A stretch of DNA of 64,000 nt, taken from the NCBI RefSeq assembly GCF_003704095.1, contig NW_020843717.1, positions 62,001 through 126,000 of the forward strand. Direction: 5' to 3'. Numbering within the stretch: position 1 is the stretch's first letter; each line of letters opens with the position of its first letter. This document shows positions 14,384 through 28,200 of the stretch, in pieces. The notes beneath the pieces are model-generated. The model made no database searches. It had not been told where the DNA came from and saw nothing but the letters and a program-made list of their open reading frames with translations. Source of the DNA: Pocillopora damicornis. Its lineage: Eukaryota. The position numbers were made by a program, and so were the translations under genes.

Positions 14384-14639
14384 TGCTGTACAGAGGAGAT
14401 ATAACTGAAACTATACAAAGATGGCCTAGGATGGCCGGGATTGGAGTTAGGGGTTACTGTCTGTCAGCAAAAAGCAATATGGCTGAGCCGGATGAAAGTG
14501 TTTTCCTCAAAGAAGTGTGGGAAGAATGACGTCATTTGAAAAGACTCGCAGTATTTTTCAGTGAGCTCAGATACAACAGGGGAAGTACCCATTTGAAAAG
14601 CTGCTGTTCAAGATAAAACATTGCGCGGGCGAAAACAGT
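14384..14639. promoter_or_regulatory. Bidirectional promoter interval LSM14/INTS8 with a central CRE palindrome TGACGTCA (14527-14534)
   Basis: Only 256 bp separate the divergent start codons; the interval is CpG-containing and carries a perfect CRE palindrome. Confidence 0.7.
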
Positions 14640-17600
14640 ATGGCGACGTTCAGCAGCTCAAAGCTTGCTTCGAAAACAGCTATTTCTTGGTTCGAGTTCT
14701 TGTTTGATACAACAGGAGATTTGTTGAAAAAACACTTAGGGGAAGCATCAGCAGGTTTGTAGCATTTACCATTTTGTTTTTGATATTTATCGGCCAGAAT
14801 TCCAGTTTTGCGAAAGAATATTGGAAAGAAAGCTGGTTATATTATATGGTATATGAGGAACTTTCCGAAAAGGGAATTTGCATCAATTTCTTCCAAAGTT
14901 GGGAGAAATGCACTAGAAGTCAAGTTAGCGCTGAAAGTGTGCATTTGTAGGGTATACTCCAGGAGGATGTGGGGTGGGGAGAGTGTGAGAGGAGGGGATG
15001 GAAGTTTCATCTCATCTCAATACCTGTGATATATTTATATTTTTAGCATTTAGTTGTGTTGTTGTTGTTTTTGTTTTAATTAGTTGGAATCTTGCTTAGC
15101 TAAAAAGTAATACATTGATTTCATAATTCCAGAACCTTCAGCCACACAACTCATTGTTCAATTTCTGGAACACTCTGGGTTGGTCAACAATAATGTGGTA
15201 TGTAATCTCTTCAGGGATGAGAAAGATGAAAATTAATGTTTGTACTCATGCGAAGTGGCCTATCCATCTGTGCTATCCCCACCCCTCACCCCTCAGGTGG
15301 GGTTCTAGTTCATTGCAAGATACTCCTCAGAATTATGTCAGGCTTCCCTGACAGTTTGCCAGCATGCATTTATACTCCCAGGTTGGTAGAGGTGGAGTGT
15401 TAGTTAAGTGACTTGCTTATGAACACAACATATTGACCTCCCCACCAGAAGTGGGATGCTAGCTCATTGCAGGAAACTCCCCAGAATTTTGTCAGGCTTC
15501 ACTGACAGTTTGCCAGCATGCATTTGTACTCCCAATAAAGTATACTTCATTTTTTATTAAAGTCAATTAAAACTGTGTCATGAAACACTTTAGAGAAAAC
15601 AAAATTTTTGGGATTCCTTGGCTTTCTCTGAAGTGATTGTGAAAAAGTTAAACTAATGATAATGAGGTACCCTTGTTTGGTGATGATTACAGGATGTAAG
15701 GAAATTTGGATAACTTTATTTTGTTGCCTTGTATACATTGACCCACTACTTAACATATATCTTTCTCTTGCTCGGTTTGTCACAATGTTGAGAATTTTAA
15801 TTGTTTGGAAAGAAGTGCACATTGATAACATTTACTAGTCCTCATTGCCAAGATGCCTAAACGAAAAGGTACCTTAACATTAAAAAAAAAAAGCATTGTG
15901 TTTATGTTTATAAGGGTGCTGCTTCTGAAACTCCTCCAACTGAAAACAGAAGAGTACAACGCCTCTGTCACTTAGCTTTAAGGATTGGAACACATCTGCA
16001 GTGGAATCTGGAAATTTTGGAAGAAAAGTAAGACATAAATATTGATCAAGCTAGTCTTTGTAGTGTTAAAAATTCATGAGTTATTAAGGTTATTTTCACT
16101 TGTAATCTTAACCTAAATGACTCATAATTTATCCTTTAGTCTTTCTCTTCAATGGCAAAGCATTTTGTTGGGTGAACTCATAAAGAGAACCCCAGGATTA
16201 GATGAGGTGAGCCAATAAATTTAAAGACAACAGTAAAATTACTAGATAAGAAAAAATAATAATATTATGATTTTTGGTGATCTATGCTAGGCTGTCAATT
16301 GATAAGATTTAGAGTGGATGTCATATTCTATAGTCAAATTACACACGAGACTGGAAGCTTTTCAGTCAAGATGTCCCAGTCTAGTTCATACAAACCTAAA
16401 TCTTCAACTTGGAAGTAATTCACATCTAGACTAGTAACTGGTAAATTATGCATTCACTTACACTGAAAACAAGAAAACAGGTGCTGCACAGATTTATTTG
16501 ATGGCATATTAGTAATTTGGTAATTAAAAAGTGGTTGAAAGTTGCCTATGTCTAGTTGGTGGCTATAGGCATCTCCCTGCCCTGGTGACTGGCTCTCACT
16601 GACAGCTGCTCAGTTATAGCTTCTGCTAATTGGAATTATGAAATTGTTGCTAGTTTTGGATTAGAGCTAAGTACTGTTAGCAGCTGTTACAAAGCACAAG
16701 GCAATGAAATTTTTAATTTGTGTTAACTTTTATCAAATTTGTTCTTAGGTGCTTAAGAGTGATACAGATATCAGTAAACTGGACAAAAAACATGCAATGA
16801 CTCTCATAATTTACTATAGATGGTAGGAGTTTCTAAAATTTTTTACCAGGAATTAATGCTTTTGTCATTTTATTTCTTTTTTCACTTGTTTACTAGAAGA
16901 AAAATAAAAGTAGGTATTGAGTGGTGTTAAAAGCTAAATAGCAAGATACTGAATTATCTTGTGGATACAATGAATCTGATGAGTTTGTAGTAGCACATAG
17001 ATTTTTTATGGTATTTTCAATGTCCACCTTACCTTGATCATCCATGTTTATATTGTTTATAGTCATAACTGTTTTCCTTACAGGTTGGTTAGGACTCTGT
17101 CTCAGCATTTTCTTCCTAATGTTGAAAAACCTACCAATAATGGGTTAGTTGTTAAATTTATGGAGTAGCAAAGACCATGATTACATTAGACTATCCATTG
17201 GAAATATTAGTTAAGTGCAAAACAGTCGTGCTTGGTTGTTCAAAGCTTGGTTATTATGACCCAGGGTTAGTGAGAAATCTGATTTCAGATCTGAAAGCTT
17301 AAAAGAAAATTCAGTATAATTCCTTTGTCAACAATTTAATTATTAGATGCTCCAAAAAAGAATAGAGATAATCATCCTGAAAAGGCTTTTGAACAAAGGT
17401 ATATAGAAAGCTGGATTAAAGTTTAACCTTGGGTTAGTGCTAATTGGCCTTTGAACAACTGGGCCCAGGACCCTACTGCATTAAGGCGGCTTTGGTTCAT
17501 AAGATTTTTGTTCATGTGGTCATTCATCAGGATCAGCATTCCATATAAAATTATCAAGATATAAAGATATAAAATTATCTTCATTGTCTTTGTTTAAAAA

Positions 17601-17793
17601 GAAAGTAAAGCAGCAATTTATCAAAGATTGTTAGACATCTGTATTGTCTGTGTAACTTTAAAATGGAAATAATACTGTTTTTCAATGTATGAATTTTAGT
17701 CTCTTTAATATACTGGTAGTTTACCTTTGTGTGCGTTTCTGTATCTCTTTGTTTTTGTGTCCCTGACCTAAACATTTAAACATCTTTATTTTC

Positions 17794-17826
<33 letters not shown>

Positions 17827-20800
17827 TTTTTTTGGGCAGCCAGTGCCCCTATCATTGTCTGTACTATTATTATAAATTTTTCTTTCTTGTATATTTTGGG
17901 GTGAAAAAATAAAGTTGTTGTTGTTGTTGTTGTTTTTGTTGTTGTTGTCCATATGCTTTGAATCTATAGACCTGAGAGCTAATTCCCCCTATAGATACCT
18001 ATTCATTTGTCTGTAAGCAAGTCTTGAGAATTTGGTATCGCATCATAACAATATCTCCTGGTTGATTTTTTGATTTGCCTTGTTTATATTTTCAAACTTT
18101 TCAGTCTTACAGCTGACAACTTGGCAAATGAAAGCATTCTGAAAAAGGTAAGAAAAACTACCTTAAAAAAAGGTAATTCCCTAATATATGTTACAGGTTA
18201 AATTTGATTCCAGGTTATTTTTTATTTAACCTAGGTTGATTTTTTTTACCTCAGGGTCAGTGGGTCAGTGGGGACAGGGAACATACAAGTTTTGAGCATC
18301 TCTTTACTTTAGGGGAGAGTTAGTCTGTCCTTTTTTCCTTTTTTTTTGTTTTCTTGTGAAAATAGTAATGAAAAGTTTTATCTGTAGCTTGAAGAGCAGC
18401 TACCATTTGCTGTCCAGATACTTGAGCAAGCTCTGGGGCTAACTGAGGACATGGTCCTTCCTTCAGCTCCTTCACTGGCTGCTGCACCTAAAACAACTGA
18501 GCTATCTGAGCAAGAGAGCGCATCTGATGAGGGAGTACCAGCTAGTGATGATCAAGAACAGAATTTGGAAGTTGATGACCCCAACAATAGTGAGACTGAA
18601 AGCAAAGCCGTTGTCAAGAATGGTTCTGATGAAAAGAATGGCTCTGATGCTGTTGAAAGTCTTGATTCAAATACAATGGAAGATGTAAAGATTAAGAGAG
18701 AAGACATCGTTGCTCAGGTATGGAAATTTTCACACAATCAGATTATTATTTGCAGGTTAGTGTTTCTAAAAAATAGTGAATTCAGCTCTTCAAATTTTGG
18801 TTGAAAACTTCTTTTTGTTGTTTTTGTTTTGTTTTGTTTTGTTTTGTTTTAAATCCTTTGCTTTTATTACAAAACACAATTCTACAAAACATTACATACA
18901 ATGCAAGACTCATTATGCTACTCTACTTACAGAACAATACTTATGATACTTACGATGTAGGTTACTCATGCTAGCAATACAGTACTGAATATGGTTACTT
19001 ACAAAAATATAATTACTTGCAATATGGGCTACTTACATTACTAATAATATAATACTCTACTTACATTACTTGCTGAATATACAGTTACTTACAATACATT
19101 ATATGGTATATTGACTTTGAGGAGGCAGGAGTACTTCTCAATAAAACATATAAGTAAGACAAATTTTCAAGATTGTATTTAATGAGTAGCTTACTGATAA
19201 AATCCTGAAAGGAGATGGCCAGGCTATTTAACTTGGCTGAATAAATATAATGGCAAATAAATAAGGCGGTGTAGTTGAATTTCCGTATTATTGTTGTGTC
19301 GTGGGAGCTTGCAGCAATACCAAACAAGGTCTCCTCTGTGGTAGGAGAGATTTGGCATGCATTCACTTGGTTGAACCAGTTCAAGACCTTTTGGGTAAAC
19401 AATCTGGTAAACATATATTCGATAAAAGAGTGCTGAATTGAATCTCTATTTCTGCGGTATACACATTCATTGTCTGCCTTAAAACCAAATCTGAAAAGTT
19501 CTTTCTTAGTTACTATCTTTCTGTGGATTAATTTAAATTGAAATTCTTTTAATTTAGTTTCTCCACAAATGTTTTTCAGTTTTGGTTGAAAATGAAAATG
19601 AGAACAGGAATACTGTCAGACATCATATACTAAAACCCAAAACAGTGGGACAGAATTACCTAAACAAGTGAAACCACTAAATAAATGTTCAAAGCTACAC
19701 CCAACAACTCAACCAGTCTAAATGAAGGAAACAAAACTCATGAGAGAAATGGTGCCTTGTCAGAAATAAACAACAAATTGTCTCACAATATGTAGATTTT
19801 GAGCATTTAAACATGTTAAATTGTTTTGCCTTTTGAGAAATTACAGCTAACTATGTAAAGCTTCTGTTTTGTACATAACTTTGGCTCTATTTTATTTTAG
19901 GTTTCCTTTGATTTAGGAACCCTATACTTCTACCAGGAAAAGTTCCAACGGGCAATGAAACTATTTGAAAGTTGCAGGAATGCACAGGTACAGATTTTAA
20001 CCATGCCATTACACCATTACAGTATATTGGGTCAACATTTGTTAACAAGCAAAACTGCTTTCAACTTGGATTGGAACATAAGATATTAAGAATATGAAAA
20101 CAATCTTCTCAGTAATGAATACTACTTAAGCTGTAGTGAAAATAAGGCCTGAAAAAATTCAGGCCTGCGTGGGATTTGAACCCTTGACCTCTGTGATACT
20201 GCTGCTATGCTCTACCAACTGAGCTAACAAGTCAACTGGGAGCTGGTTATTATGTTGGTTCATTAGAAACAAGAGGAGAGGATTAATTTGGAATGCAAAT
20301 GATAACCTTGGAAAAATTTTACTTGGCTGAATTTTACTAGATGATGGTTCATTAAACCATGACAGCTTTTGTTTATAAATTAACAATTATTGTTTACAAA
20401 TTGCTTGAAGAGCTTAATGTTCATGAATAATAATCTTTTTTCCAATGTATTTTTGAAAAAATCTTCCCATGAAAATCAATGAAAATTGATTGAAGAATTT
20501 CAAAATAATAGGTATACATTGAAATAGTTTGCTTAAAGTCCAGATTGATGCTCATCAATAAGAATCCTTTTTCTTTTGTTATCCAAAGTGTGAGCAGTCA
20601 TCATTTTACACTGTGTGTGAGAAGAAGTTGTACGGCTACTATATAGCTTGTTGTGGTTTAACAGGCATCCCCTCTGTGGCCCTGAGTACTCCCACTCCTA
20701 CAGAGAGTAAGCCTTCCTTAGCTGTGAGACTTGAGCATTGCCGACATTCTGGATACAATGTTAGTAATGCTACTTTGCTATTCATTCTGTTTTCAATTTA

Positions 20801-22195
20801 TTCATCAGTGCAAGTTACTTTGAATTAACTGATCCTAAACTCCAAGTTGCGATATATCATTATAATTACTTTACTTATATGACAGGAGCAAATTGAATTG
20901 CACAAGAACTGACAGTAGTTGACTAGGATTTTCACTAATCATGATTTTTTGTTTTGCAATTGGTACTTTACTCCATTTCCACATCAGATTTCTTAGCCTG
21001 TTCTTTAAAAATAAAAAGCAATTGATGCTTTTGGGTTTGTTATTAGAATAAGACATTTTTGTATATTTTTGTTTTAAGGTTCCTGTCGAAATTTCTATTT
21101 CAACTTTTGTTGTGCAAAGCTAGCTAGCTATAGATAGTTTTGTGACAAAATAATATGAATCTAGATACCATGTAGTTAGTCCAACTTTATACTTTGTCTT
21201 CTATTATACAGAATGTCATTGCAATCCTTTTGGAAGACAACATTGCACTGGAACTGCCATTGGAATATAGAGAGAATCTAGTCACAGAGCTAAGGACAAA
21301 TAGTCGAAGAATGAGTGAAGATGAAGAAATTACTGGAAACGTTTCTCTTGACTGGCAAGTCATGGTTTGTAACATCATCAGAGACGTTATAGAGGGAAGA
21401 CCAACAAATCCTGGATTTTGGCTTTCATTAGGCAACTGTTATCAGAATCAACTGGATGTCATATTTTCTGTGAGTGATGTTTTTTTTTATGACACAACCT
21501 ATAAAGGCCTGTGTGGGTGTGCTTGTGTGATGATGTAAGTTTACTGGTAATAGGTGAAGAAATATGGTATAATTTTGGTTGGGATGGGAGTGTGTTGTTG
21601 TCTATTAATGCAAGATGTATTGTTAATTTATGTCACAAGTAATGGGCTAGAGAAAGTCTGAGTTCCCCACAAAGAATAGAGGCCCAGTTCTTTGGATACC
21701 AGGGCTTTTGGGATTTAATGTTCACAGTAAGCTTCCAAAATTTGCTCTATGCTTGCAAAGGAGCTAAGTTTGACACTAGTACATTCAGCTAAGGATTTAT
21801 TTTCATTAGCTGTCTTTTTTTAGCTTTGTTTGCAGTCGGTACCAATTGAAGATGACTTCCCTCCTCATGGTGTTAAGGATAGCCACAGGTTTAAAATCCT
21901 CAAGTCGTTTATTCAGTAAGTTATTAGTGCTTGTAGCTGAGGTTACTCTGAACCCCCAGGGCTGTCCCAGAGAGAAAAAAATTCCTATGTGCATTTTTTT
22001 TGTTTTGTTTTTTGTTTGGAGAAAACCTCTTGTAACTGTTTATTGACAAGAAAAGAAAGTCATAGATTACATGTTATCATGTTTTCCCTGGCTAAGCTCT
22101 GGATATAGATTTTGGCTCAGTTAGTAAACAAGTAAACAAAAAGAAGAAGGTTCACAGAGTCTAATCAAGTGTATGTGAGAATAGATAAAAGGTTA

Positions 22196-22227
<32 letters not shown>

Positions 22228-25200
22228 AGGAGAGTATAGCGGGTAATTTAGTGTTAACAACTGAGTTGAAAATGTAAATTAGCCACCATAAAGAGTAAAA
22301 AAGCTGATGTTTTGAGTGTTAGCCCTTCGTTAAAGAGCAATTGACTGATTGAGTGATTAATCAATCACTCTGATGAAGGGCTAATACTCAAAACGTCAGC
22401 TTTTTTATCCTTTACGGTGGCTAATTTAGGTTTGCAACTCAGTTGTATGTGAGAATAGTCCTGTAAAGGATTGATGCCATGGTCAGTGACTGTCACTTCT
22501 ACAATGGGAGTGGTTGTCATCTTTGGAGTCAAACAACTTCCATGTAGGTTGTTGAAATGTCAGTCTTTGTTTTCTTTCATGGCAACCCCTACTTAGACCG
22601 TCAGAGTACATTATCAACCTCTATTCTTAAGTTCAAACCATTTACTGTGAAAGAAAACTTAAGATATCTTCAAGAAAAAACACATTAGAGTAGTTAGCTG
22701 ATAAAGGTTCAAGATTATATTAAGTGCTGATTTTTAGATAAAGTTTATAGCAGTTTGATGTTCACATTTCACAAGATTGTCTTTACTGTGTAATGTCCTT
22801 TTCAGGATGATTTGTTGTACCTGTGAGCAGGTGGATGGATGGAAAATTGCGAGGAATTCTGGTGCTAAAATATTTTTGGATGAAGAGGTAATTACACACA
22901 TGACACTTTCATATGAAATAAACAGCCTGGTAATTTGTTGTAAGTTGGGTGCAATTTGGCTCCTGGATTCAATTAGGAAAGTTTATCTTATTTAGTAAGT
23001 ATTGACTTGATCGACACCAGTTAGTTTTTCCAGCTCATTTCTAGAGATATGATCCAAATTCAGCTAACATGTTAGTCACTCCTTGTAATGTAACATGCCT
23101 GGGCCTTTCTGTCTCCTGTGTCCTCTGGAATGATTAATAATAATCAATGATTACAAGTTCAGAACAAAACTATGTAAATTTGATCTTAGGATGGAATTGA
23201 AATACAAATTAAATGTTTTCAATCCACATTTTATGCTTTGTTAGGAAGAACCAATGGATTATGTCCAGAGTGAAGTGGTTGATACTCAACCAGATGTTAT
23301 TGAGCAGGGCTTAATCATTGATCAGTATAACACAGAAGGTAGTGTATGCCATCAAACAATGAATTTTCACCTCATTTAGTATACATGGTAATTTGGTGTT
23401 TGAAGTAAAGACTAACATATAGAACTGAATTTTAAATGGATTTTATGAAAAAGTTGAGAAATTTAGGTGTACATAAACTTCAAGCAATAAAATCTATGTA
23501 AAAGCATTGAAAAGGGTTTTGCTATTATACAGTCCACTCAGCCAATGCACACTTTTGTTGAAAAACAGTACATTTAACTTGTTCATGAGAGCCATTTCTT
23601 ATGCTGTTCATGTGCCATCATGCCATTAACAGTGGCATTAGCAGGAGGGCAGGGAAAAGCTGCATGGCCCAGGAAGATGTGTGCAGAAAGAAGAAAGGAA
23701 AGAAGGGGCATGGCAGCAGTCATGGGTGAAAATGCTTATTGACTGAGTTAGGTTGGGCCAGATGGAAAAATATTTGGCATAGTATTTCTAAATCATTGTA
23801 ACTCACATTTACAGCTGCATCAGGACAAGAAAGCACAGAGTTAAAGAAAGGCTTCCTTTGCAATAAGCTGCGATGCACAGTTGATCCAGGAGAGATCAGC
23901 AATCTTGTGGAAGAGCTTCATCAACTTGAAAAAGGAAGGAAGCATTCAGAGGTACAGTAGTGTGTGTTTTTTTTTCTACTGTACAGTCATTGTAAAATGC
24001 TTTTGGATAGTGATAGAAATACTGCTATATAAAAGAAGTATCTATTATTATTATAAGAGTTCAGTGCTTTAGAACAAGAACCCAACATTAAAACCTGGGT
24101 AGGGTTCAAAATCAGACCCTATGATGTGCAGTCCAGTCTAGTCTGCAAACCACCAAGCTTCTGTTATTCCAACTCAAATAGATAAATCCATCATGTACGG
24201 AACATCCTTCTGTGTATTATCATTTCAGCCAAGACTGGGTTTGCATGTGGGTTTTGTCTGTACCCAGTGTTTAGGCAAGTCTATCTTAATTGACTGTTCA
24301 ACAGCCAAACTAAGAGTCCACCAATTCTCAACTTATATTTAATAGCAAAGTGATATTCTACTCAACATGATATTCCAGTTACTAAATTTTGTATTTCAAT
24401 TCTTATATTTCAGGAATTTGTCTGTCTACTATACAAGAGTCACCTTGAAGAGATCAAAAGTCTTCAACAACAAGACATACTGCATATCCTATTTTCCAAA
24501 GCCTTGCATTGCTCCACTGTTAAGGTAATTGGGATTTTTATTCTCAGCATGATAAATTTGAGACTCAGACTTGAACACACATTGTACCTGGTACACCAGG
24601 AAACTGGTTATCAAGGATCTGTGCATAATATCATATGATGTAATTTTAACGAATTACCTGCTATTGTTGTTTATTTCCTTTAGGAGTACAACAATGCTTC
24701 TCAGCTTCTTTCTTACGCCCTTGGGATGGTGAACACCGTGGCTGGCAGAGGAACTGTCAACAGTCCACTTGAGAAAGTAAAAGCTGCAATTCACCAAGAA
24801 CTTCTTGTTCTGGATATTTGTCATGAGTCAGGCAACAAAAGGTATCTATGCTCTACATTTTATTTAAATTTGTTTTTTTCTTTGAGCTCTGCTCAAAAGG
24901 TTTGGGTTTCAAAAAAAATTAATTCAAACAAAATAAAATCATTCTTTGCTTTTACTTATAGAACAGATGAGATTTCCAACAGGGTCAAGTCTTACATATG
25001 GCAAACTACACCAGGTATTAGCAATTCTCACAATATTATCATAATTTGAAAAAAAAAATTTGATATGAAGGCTTCATTTAACCCTTTACACCCTAACATC
25101 AGTATGCATATTCTCCATACTGTTCTCTATACATTTCCTAAGGTGCTGAGAAGGAGAATTTGTTTTACAATCAGGACTTTCTTTAGTTGGTGATCATTTC

Positions 25201-28200
25201 CTGTATTCTTTTTACTGTAATGTGTGAATTGTGAGTGATATTGTAAGGAGAAATTAGATGCTAATCACTCCAAAGGGTCTAGGGGTTAAGTTATTGTCAG
25301 AAAGAGTACTATTTAAAGATTAGTGATTGATACACTTCAGATTTAATTTAAGCTCCATGCAATTTGTCCAAACATGGTTTAATGCTTACTATTGTGTCGT
25401 TAATATATGTTTTTGTCAACAGGAGCAGCAGAAGTTCGCATTGAAGAGCAAGTAAATGCCTACCTCTTAAATGGCAAGGAATGGGAATTTTTATCAGAAA
25501 TAAAAGTTGATGAAAATGCACAGTCAGTAGACCACAGATCTGTGAGTACCAAATTTACCATCTTTTGAATATAAATTTTGTATTTGTTCTTCCTGCGTTT
25601 GGAAATTGGATTAGACTTGAAGTCTTAATTATCTTCACTTTTAGATTAGTAGATTTTGGGTTCTATATAAACATCTGTTTTATTTAAATTTCAAAAGACA
25701 ACCTCACAATTTTTACTATTCATTTGTAGCTGAGTAGTTTGTTGGCCTCTGCCTGTTATTATTTGTCCAAACCCCAGGGATGGAGGAAGCCAGCCAGGAG
25801 TCTGTGGGATGGTGGTAAGTCTACAATGCTTTACAGTGAGACAGCGGCAAACATTTTAGTGGGCTTAACCCTTTCACTCCCACAAGTGACCAAGACAGAA
25901 TTTCTCCTTACAATATCAATACAATATCAAGCAGGCAGGTGATGAGAATAGAGAAGAATATCAATCATGGGATTATTAGTTGATCCAATACCAAATTCTC
26001 TGAACTAACATCATAAGAATTGTATGGCAGATAATAAGGAGAATTACTAATTAGATCTTGGGAGTGAAAGGGTTAAGGTGTTTTTATAATTTTTTAATAT
26101 AGATATGTCAATTAAATTAAATAAAAGACATCTTTCAGATAACATCACCAAATGAATTTGGAGTAGGATTGGGTGACAAATATTATTTCATTGTAGGTTG
26201 ATTGTTTTGCTTTTTATTTTTTAGTTCTCAAGATATTTAGTAATAGCACTGGACAACAGAAGCGGTCTGCTGATGGAAGCCAGGGAGCTGCAGTAGCCTC
26301 TCAGTCTGAAGGACTAAAACTGTAAGAACTATGTTCTCATACATCTTTTTGGGACAGGTGCATGGACGGGTGGGGCATACCATGGTCCTGAGCAGTTTTC
26401 TCCAGAAGCACTAGTTGCTGGTGTTTTCAACAGCTACCTCTTTCTGAAGTGGCAGCTACTTTAACTAGACAAAGCCATAAAATACCTTTCTTGATCTGAA
26501 ATAAATTCTAACCTTTGCAGACTTGGTGTTTTAATTGCTACCCTCTCGATATATCTTGGTAGAACACTGCTTGTGGTTAGTAAACTTGACTCCAGATCTT
26601 AAGGTTCACTTGTGGTTCAAGCCTCTGCTGAATCATTGGGTTGTGTTCGTGGGCAAGGCAATACACTCTAACAATGCTATCTTACCTTGAATTAAAAATG
26701 GGCATCATCAAATGCTAAGGGGGGATAGTTGTAACTCTCATATTTAGCTTAGACATTTTTAAAACTCTATCTATTGAATTACTTCACCTCCTCTTTTTTA
26801 TTTGTTTTCTCTTTATTACCTGTAAGTCTTAATTATATAATGACAAAGTAATCTTAGAGATATCACCTACTACTGACATTCATGACTTAAGTAAGGTCAC
26901 TAATCTAACAGATGTCACCTCAATATTGAGGTAAACTTTCACTGGTGTACTGGTTACTAATCAAGCATTATATTGTATTACAGAACCAGTTTCATACATT
27001 TTGTAAGAAAAATCAAGGTAACTTAGTTTGTATTTATTAACTTGCATTTTTTAAGATTTTTTTTCTCAGAGTAACCATAAAATTTTGTTGAATTTTAAGC
27101 CGTATTTTATGTTTTGTTTCCTTCTCAGGAGGAGACTGTGCTAACTGTGTTGCTATCTTGCTTAGTAAGACTACGTAATGCCTCTAACAAGGTTTGTAGA
27201 TCTCCAAGTTAAATTAACTTATTAAGTTATCTCTGAAAAGATTTTCATAGTAACTAAAGATGCATTGAAATCATGGCCTTTACTTAAAAACTGAGAGTTT
27301 CTAGAGCCTAACCATTCCCCATTTGAATACTGCTTTATTAAGAGGCTTTTTTTTTTTGGGGGGGGGGGGTCTTTCCCTGTTTTTCCCCCTTAGGCTTTTT
27401 AAAAACCCAAGATGTGATCAGCAATTCTCCCTTTTAGCTCCATTTATTTCCCTTTAAATGGGTTTGGAGAATTTGATGTTATCTCTAAGTAACACCCTCT
27501 ACATGTGGATGATAGTGTTTCCTCATACATCACTTGTTTGCTTGATATTTATGGGAAAAGCTACATGTTTAATACCTTTAGGAGTGAAAGGCTTAAGATG
27601 ATTTGTCCCTTTAAAACTAGACAGTCAGCTAACCTCTGCACACCATTTCCATTGAAAGGGCGATGAAGTAAATTCCCAAAGAGACATATCAAGCTCACAT
27701 AGTCATCTATGGCCAACAGCAATCACAAAGTAAGTTGATCTAACTAAAGTAATTTTACTGTCCAGGGTCCGAAATAAACTTTTTTTTTTAATTGAGCACC
27801 CTTTTTGTTCCAGTTGACAGAGGGAAAAGTTTGGTGCAATGTTTTCCTTACATTGAAATATGCGCCACTTGTATCAAATGATTTAAAGGCTTCATGTATT
27901 TTTTGTTTTACAGCCCTGGTAATGTAAATTTTGATCACATTGGCTTGGCCTTGTCAGGTGTGGTCCACCATGCCCTCTCTGTACAACATCATAATGTTTC
28001 ATGGCTCCAAACCCTTGGAGATATCTACTTGGGTAAGTTTTGGCTGTAAAATGTACCTAGAAGTTGGATCTTGCTTCACAAGTCCAACATGTATGGGAAG
28101 TTTGTATGGCTCTCAGCCACTTCATGTTATCATTGTTGTTAAGAAGGACCAATAGCTACTTACACAAGAATTCAGTTGGTGTGTTAAGTTTTTAAGATAG

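Noticed and set aside
20160-20235. Possible tRNA gene on the minus strand
   Set aside because: A and B boxes are present but the stems are broken, and it is embedded in a longer SINE-like unit.
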